Assembly: GCA_043228905.1 (NCBI GenBank)
Contig: JBHGNT010000440.1
Location: 1-25,450, forward strand
Reading direction: 5' to 3'
DNA length: 25,450 nt
Source of the DNA: Azolla caroliniana
Taxonomy: Eukaryota > Plantae > Polypodiophyta
Position numbers and translations under genes: made by a program. Shown here piece by piece: positions 20,439 to 25,450 of the stretch. The stretch's first letter is position 1. Each line of letters starts with the position of its first letter. The notes beneath the pieces were generated by a model. That model made no database searches. It was not told the origin of the DNA and saw only the letters and a list, made by a program, of their open reading frames with translations.

Positions 20439-20456
20439 TTCACGTCGGGTTCACCA
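20439..20456 (-). promoter_or_regulatory. Primer-binding site, tRNA-Trp (G2)
   Basis: TGGTGAACCCGACGTGAA is complementary to the 3' 18 nt of plant cytosolic tRNA-Trp as I recall it (...TTCACGTCGGGTTCACCA). It lies 4 nt from the LTR end. Confidence 0.88.
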
Positions 20457-20460
20457 ACTG

Positions 20461-21186
20461 TGTCATGCCTTTCGGCTCCGGATCGTTGCGTGAGTCAGGT
20501 GGGAACCGCCGAGGTTTTGGACTAGGAGGAAGAAAAATACAAATAAGGCTAGTAAAGAATAGGTATAAAGAGTTATAAGATAAGAATCTCGTGAATCCCA
20601 CGAGTTTAGTATATTTAGTCAATATTTAGGTAGTAAGAGAAAATTATTTTAGCAAATTCATGAATCCCACGAATATTTTAGATTGATTGATCATTATAGA
20701 AAAATAATCAACAAAAACTACAATGTGCTCCCCATCCTTATATAGTGATGGGAGAGACTAAGCATAGCTACATGCTTTTTTTTTTTCTAATATGTTCACG
20801 CACATTAAATGTGCATGTGATGCTTTTCTAATCCTGGCTTTTATTTGCTAAATATAGTGCTCATGCACGCTAGATGTGCATGAGTCACTTTTTAGTTGCT
20901 TGCGTTTTTCTATAAAATATTCACGCACTCTAAAAATACATGATTTACCTTTTAATAAAGGTAGGCGCAAATAAAGCACTTATAGTTATTAAATCTATTT
21001 GTAGAACACTAAAGATAAGGTAGCATAATGGTAAAGTTGAGGTTTGGCTACATGGAGGTACAAGGTTTGAATCCTACCCTATGCACCTGATAAATGTTTT
21101 GATATATTATTTATTTATTGATATGTATCTAAAATCGGATATATTATTTTATGGTTTTCACGTAGTGTGTGGAATACACTACGACA
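20461..21186 (-). repeat. 5' LTR of G2 (726 bp)
   Basis: Matches 14061-14789 (about 18 substitutions and 2 indels by hand count). Confidence 0.97.
21014..21085 (+). other. tRNA-like A-box/B-box cassette in the G2 5' LTR
   Basis: TAGCATAATGGTA...CAAGGTTTGAATCCT, the second copy of the cassette. Confidence 0.6.
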
Positions 21187-21279
21187 GCGTATACTGCGTA
21201 AGCTCAAGCTCTCCATTAAACCTGAGTTTCCTTCCTTCTATTCGGTCTTCATACTTGCTTCCGCACGCTACTTTCTACA
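21187..21279 (+). repeat. 3' LTR of Copia D, right part
   Basis: Matches about 9319-9411, ends TTTCTACA and is followed by TSD AGAAG. Confidence 0.97.
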
Positions 21280-21284
21280 AGAAG

Positions 21285-22202
21285 GCTCTGAACCAGACCT
21301 TCTCAATGAAAGACTTGGGGCTGGCAAGACAGATATTGGGAATGCACATCATCTGGGACCGGTCGAAGAAGCTGTTGTGGTTGTCACAGGAGAAGTATGT
21401 GACAAAGGTGCCTCAACGGTTCAACATGTCGGAGGCGAAACCGGTCGAATCGACACTTCCGGCAAACTGCAAGCTATCCGGAAAAGAAAGCCCGAGGACA
21501 AAGGCGGAGAAGACGGATATGATGAAGATACCATATGCCTCTGTCGTTGGGAGCTTGATGTACCCGATGGTATGTACCCGACCGGATATTGGATATGCAG
21601 TCGGAGTGGTGAGCTGGTTCATGAGCAATTCCGGAAGAGAGCATTGGAACGCGGTCAAGTGGATACTTCGGTATCTGAAAGACACGTTGAGTATGTGCCT
21701 CCGGTTTGGCTCTGGAAAACCCCAACTCAATGGTTTCACGGATTCGGATATGTTGGTTGATGCAAATACTAACCGGTCGACATCCAGATATGTCATGACT
21801 TATGGAGGGGGAGTTGTTTCGTCGCAATTGAGGCTGCAGAAGACGGTTGCATTGTCAACCATAGAGGCAGAGGACATGGCAGTTGTAGAAGCCGGCAAGG
21901 ATATAATCTAGATGAAGGACTTCATCGGAGAGATAGGGATCCAACAGGAGGAATACCAGCTCTACTGCGATAGTCAAAGCACCATCCACCTTGCAAAGAA
22001 CGCGACCTACCATTCCCGGACGAAACATATCCAACGGAGGTACCACTAGATCCTGGAGAAAGTAGAAGATCAAGAGTTCATGCTGACGAAGATCCACATG
22101 GAAGAGAATGGGTCGGATATGCTTACCAAGATGTTGACAACCGATAAGCTAGACGTGTGCGGAAAGCGGATCGGGTTGACGAGACATCCCATGCCGAAGT
22201 GA
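21285..22202 (+). pseudogene. pol: Copia C pol, part 2 (RT C-terminal half, RNase H)
   Basis: FSMKDLG, PYASVVGSLMY...TRPDI, TVALSTIEAE, LYCDSQS, RTKHI, DMLTK; contains in-frame TAG stops. Confidence 0.92.
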
Positions 22203-22210
22203 AGGGGGAG
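22196..22210 (+). promoter_or_regulatory. Polypurine tract of Copia C
   Basis: GAAGTGAAGGGGGAG, 2 nt before TGTTGGGA. Confidence 0.88.
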
Positions 22211-22212
22211 AT

Positions 22213-22723
22213 TGTTGGGAAATCGGTCTCTCCGGATTGGACCCAGTGATGAATGAAGAGGACTCGGTGAGAACCGGAAGAGAGACATATTTGTAAATAT
22301 GTCTTGAGCAAGCCTATTGAGGCTATATTTGTAAATAGCCCTAAGTTCGTATAAGTATAAATAAGACTTAGGACAATCACTTTATGTGCATGTTGTTATT
22401 ATTGTTGTCAGATATTGTTGTACAGAGCGAGAATGACTTAGAGAGAGTGTGAGATACAGAGAAATACTCTGTTGCAACCGTCGGTTGGTGAAGAAACAGA
22501 GCTCAAGGTTGTTGCCTCCAAGTCTCCGATTGTACCCTCTTTTCTTCATAGTGATAGTTGGAGTTTGTGGGCTCCCGTGGTTTTTCCCATTCAAGGTTTT
22601 CCACGTAAACATCCTGTGTACTCTCTTTTGTGTGTACTTCTATTCCCATTCCAGTGTTGCACTCTTATCGAAGTAATTCAAGACTCGGTCGTGGCCGAGC
22701 AGTATTCCGCGCTATTCCTTACA
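22213..22723 (+). repeat. 3' LTR of Copia C (about 511 bp)
   Basis: Follows the PPT; TATAAATA at 22356; homologous to the Copia A LTR. The right end (CCTTACA) is inferred from that homology. Confidence 0.82.
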
Positions 22724-23417
22724 AGTACTATGTGTTGGTATGGTTTGTGGATTACTAGGGAGTTAGGCACTATTAGAGGGTTTAATATCGCATGGGTAGG
22801 GCCGCGGAAACAAAGGTGAGAGTGAGAGCACATCAAGAAGAGAATCTAGGAGAGAATATCGAGGAGTCATTAAACCTTGATGTAACAGTTACTCCTTGAG
22901 TTATAAAAGGGGAGGCCTCATATTGTTTGAGGGATCGTTTTTTTTCTTGAGAAGCAGAGGACGCTATCGAACAGGAAGAAGTAGCTCACTCACTCGTTCT
23001 CTTCTGAACCTCTACGTCCAAACCCTGGGAGGAACCCTCGGCTCGTGTCAGACGCCCGCGCACTCCTGACCAAAGGCCCCATTTTTCTGTGTGTTTGCTA
23101 TAGAGCTCGAAGCTCTATTCCCAGCTCTAACCGGTTGTATTCCCTATGCTTCGCGCGCGCGCGTCCTAACTACTATTGACAATCTATTCCATTGCTTTAC
23201 GTTGTTCTTTTTCTCTTGTGTCGTTCTTGCGTTGCTATTCTCTCGTACTGCATTAGGTCCGAAACCTACGATCACCTCCTTCCTACTCCTCTTTGTCTGA
23301 TTCACGGTGTTTGTGTGTACACGACTCGAGGGCCTCTTCCTCCTTTCTCGATTCCTTGATTCAAGACCCCCTGTGGTCCTACCCCATTTCTACCCATCCA
23401 CGCGGAATTCCGCGACA
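22724..23417 (+). repeat. Right part of a relic Gypsy-type 5' LTR (element Z), interrupted by Copia C
   Basis: TATA-like TTATAAAAGGGG at about 22901; pyrimidine-rich U5-like tract; ends CGCGACA like the G1/G2 LTRs; followed by a PBS. Confidence 0.6.
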
Positions 23418-23421
23418 TATT

Positions 23422-23439
23422 TGATGAACCCGACGTGAA
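23422..23439 (+). promoter_or_regulatory. Degenerate tRNA-Trp primer-binding site (element Z)
   Basis: TGATGAACCCGACGTGAA, 17/18 identical to the G2 PBS, with the same 4-nt gap after ...GACA. Confidence 0.8.
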
Positions 23440-23716
23440 ACATATCATCTTAATGATGAGCCTTGAGGTTGGGTAACATACCAACATAGTTTTCTTGTTA
23501 ACGAGGGGGAAATAAGGTTTCTCGTCACATATGTTTTCATTTAAAAAACATATATGGGAAAGGCCTTCGCATATCTCTCGTACGCATAAACATTAAACAT
23601 TCGAAAGGAGCAATCCATTTGGTTAGCTCAAGTGTTTAATGTATTTACTCTTGCGGTCTCAAGTTCAAATATGACCAAGACCATACAACATTGTTGATAC
23701 ATATGACTATAAAACA

Positions 23717-24212
23717 TGTTTAGACTTTAGGTCTAAGTGCACTTCGGGGAGACACGTTATTAGAGATCTAGGTACTAAAGTAAGCTTAAGATAAGGATAA
23801 AGTAATGATAGATAGAAAGGAGAAAGAGAAAGAAGGGTGCCGATCCACCCGACCACCCTCGAGCGAAGGGATCGAGACGGACTCGAGCCTCGATCGGTGT
23901 CCCATACCACCGCCGTGGCGTCGAGTTGTACCTGGTGTTGGCGCGCTCGCTACAAGAGTTGACCCACCACAAGAGCAGAGTCTCGATGTAGTCAAAAGAT
24001 GATGAAATGAGGGTAGCTAGGCCTCTTATTTATAGCGATACCCAAGTCCCCCAGGCAAGTTCACACTTGGCCTAATGGGTTGTCTCAATCCCAAGGATTA
24101 AAAGTAATCCTCCCCTTCTTTACATTCTCATTTGACCCTCACACTTATCCACGTGTATAGAATACTATGGTAAATTCTCACCACGGGATATTATATGGTC
24201 ATGCCCGTAACA
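23717..24212 (-). repeat. Putative 3' LTR of the chromovirus
   Basis: Begins with TG right after the PPT; TATA CTATAAATAAG at about 24025-24035 (minus). The end at ...TCTAAACA is a best guess because no partner LTR is in the window. Confidence 0.6.
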
Positions 24213-25450
24213 TACTCCGCCTCTTTAAAACATTGCACTCTTGCAATGGAAAGTTAGGGAAGTTAGTTCTGGGAGTATTTTCACGTTCCCATGTGGCATC
24301 TTTTATTGATTTATCCATCCATTTTATTTTAAATTCTCGGATTTCTTTAGTACGTAATTTTTTTGTTTTAACATCGAGAATTCTTTCTGGTACATGTGGT
24401 TTAGAAGACAATTCTTCAGAAGTAACCAAAGTTTCAGTTGTAACTGTATTGTCGCCAGAACCTAAAAGTTCTTTTAGACGACTCACATGAAAGACTGGAT
24501 GAATTCCGACACCATCGGGAAGAGCGAGACGATAGGCTGATGACCCAATGCGTTTGAGGACTATAAAAGGTCCACAAAACCGTGGGGCTAACTTAGTGCA
24601 CTTACTTGTAGACAATGTCTTAGAATTGTGAGGTACACGTAAAAATACCTTCTATCCAGGGCTGAATACACGAGGTTGCCTATGATGGTCGGCATAAAAA
24701 CACGCTCTATCTTGAGCTGTTTTTATATTATCTCGTGCAATATGCAACATATCTTGCATATCCCGAAGAAAGTTTTGCGTGCTTCGTAACTCATGATGAT
24801 GTATATTAACATTAATCGGGGCTCGTGGCTGAAAACCATATATCTACATAAAAGGACTATACCCCGTCGACGTATGCTTGGAGCTGTTATAAGCAAACTC
24901 CAAAATTGGGAGATAACGTTCCCATTTTGTTGGTTTTGCACCAACGTATGCTCGAAGCATGTCCTCAATAATTTGATTTACTCGTTCTGTCTGTCCATCG
25001 GATTGAGGATGATCCGTGGAGCTCATGCTCAACGTAGTTTCTAACTTCTTAAATACTTGCGTCTAGAAGTCACTAGTAAACTTTGGATTTCGATCACTCA
25101 CGATATCCATCGGTAACCCATAAAAACGAAACAATTCGTCAACGAATTGGTAAGCCAATTCAGGAGCTGTTATGATGGTTTTAGTAGCAATAAATCTGGC
25201 CATTTTAGTTAGTCGATCAACGACAACCCAGATGGCATCATGAACTTTTTGGGTGGGAGGAAGGCTAACAATAAAATCCATGGATATACTTTCCCACTTA
25301 TTATTGGGAATGTCCAAGGGATGTAAAAGTCCAGCGGCTTTAAGTCGCTCGGCTTTGTTAACTTGACACTGGTGACATTTAGTCACATAGCTATGTATGT
25401 CAGGACGCATCTTAGGCCAATAAAATTGAGTGGAGATGAGAATGAGTGTA
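24199..25450 (-). pseudogene. pol: Chromovirus pol C-terminus (integrase, GPF motif, chromodomain), disrupted
   Basis: CHQCQVNK, WESISMDFI, VVVDRLTK, IVSDR, HPQSDGQTERVNQ, KLAPRFCGPF, HPVFHVSRLK, PERILD...IKW...DATWE. Confidence 0.92.

Larger units (their letters stand above)
14061..21186 (-). mobile_element. Complete Gypsy LTR retrotransposon G2 (7126 bp, non-chromovirus, related to G1)
   Basis: Paired LTRs, TSD GCGT (14057-14060 and 21187-21190), tRNA-Trp PBS, intact ORF1, pol with only two in-frame stops, PPT. Confidence 0.97.
8955..21279 (+). mobile_element. Complete Copia LTR retrotransposon D (possibly Bryco-like), with an internal deletion and G2 nested in its 3' LTR
   Basis: Two matching LTRs, TSD AGAAG at 8950-8954 and 21280-21284, PBS-iMet, gag-PR-IN-RT-RH, PPT. 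The lineage assignment is tentative. Confidence 0.95.
7180..22723 (+). mobile_element. Copia LTR retrotransposon C (Tork/Tnt1-like); its 5' part lies outside the window; host of G1 and D
   Basis: IN-RT-RH order. The RT is split at 8954/21285 by element D with TSD AGAAG. PPT and 3' LTR at 22196-22723. The lineage name is an inference. Confidence 0.9.
23717..25450 (-). mobile_element. Chromovirus (Gypsy) 3' end: integrase, chromodomain, PPT and 3' LTR
   Basis: Integrase and chromodomain peptides; PPT AAAGAGGCGGAGTA (24213-24226); LTR start TGTTACGG at 24212. The left boundary is tentative. Confidence 0.85.

Noticed and set aside
21081-21911. 276-aa ORF as a gene
   Set aside because: It is a chance chimera that starts in the G2 LTR, crosses the D LTR remnant and enters the Copia C RT.
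206-22723. Inverted homologous ends (206-832 versus 22213-22723) as the TIRs or LTR pair of one giant element
   Set aside because: They are opposite in orientation, substantially diverged, and each has its own PBS or PPT context. They are two related Copia elements.

Overview
The window is almost entirely a nest of plant LTR retrotransposons. A bryophyte (moss) host is an inference from element types and a primer-binding site matching plant tRNA-Trp. No host gene was found. The nesting I reconstruct is as follows. A relic Gypsy-type LTR with a tRNA-Trp PBS (element Z, 22724-23439) was interrupted by a Tork/Tnt1-like Copia (C, +, 7180-22723). C carries two insertions: (i) a non-chromodomain Gypsy G1 (+, 833-7179), whose gag is itself interrupted by a Copia A (-, 1-832); and (ii) a complete Copia D (+, 8955-21279, TSD AGAAG), whose 3' LTR is split by a complete Gypsy G2 (-, 14061-21186, 4-bp TSD GCGT). 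A chromovirus 3' end (-, about 23717-25450) closes the window. The most notable signal is shared by the two diverged Gypsy elements: a -1 ribosomal frameshift cassette (G-GAU-UUU slippery site, stop codon, 5-nt spacer, H-type pseudoknot with pairing-preserving changes) placed downstream of the protease. They also share an antisense tRNA-like A-box/B-box cassette inside the LTRs, a D-H-G protease motif and a covarying hairpin just before the PPT. All coordinates and counts were made by eye.
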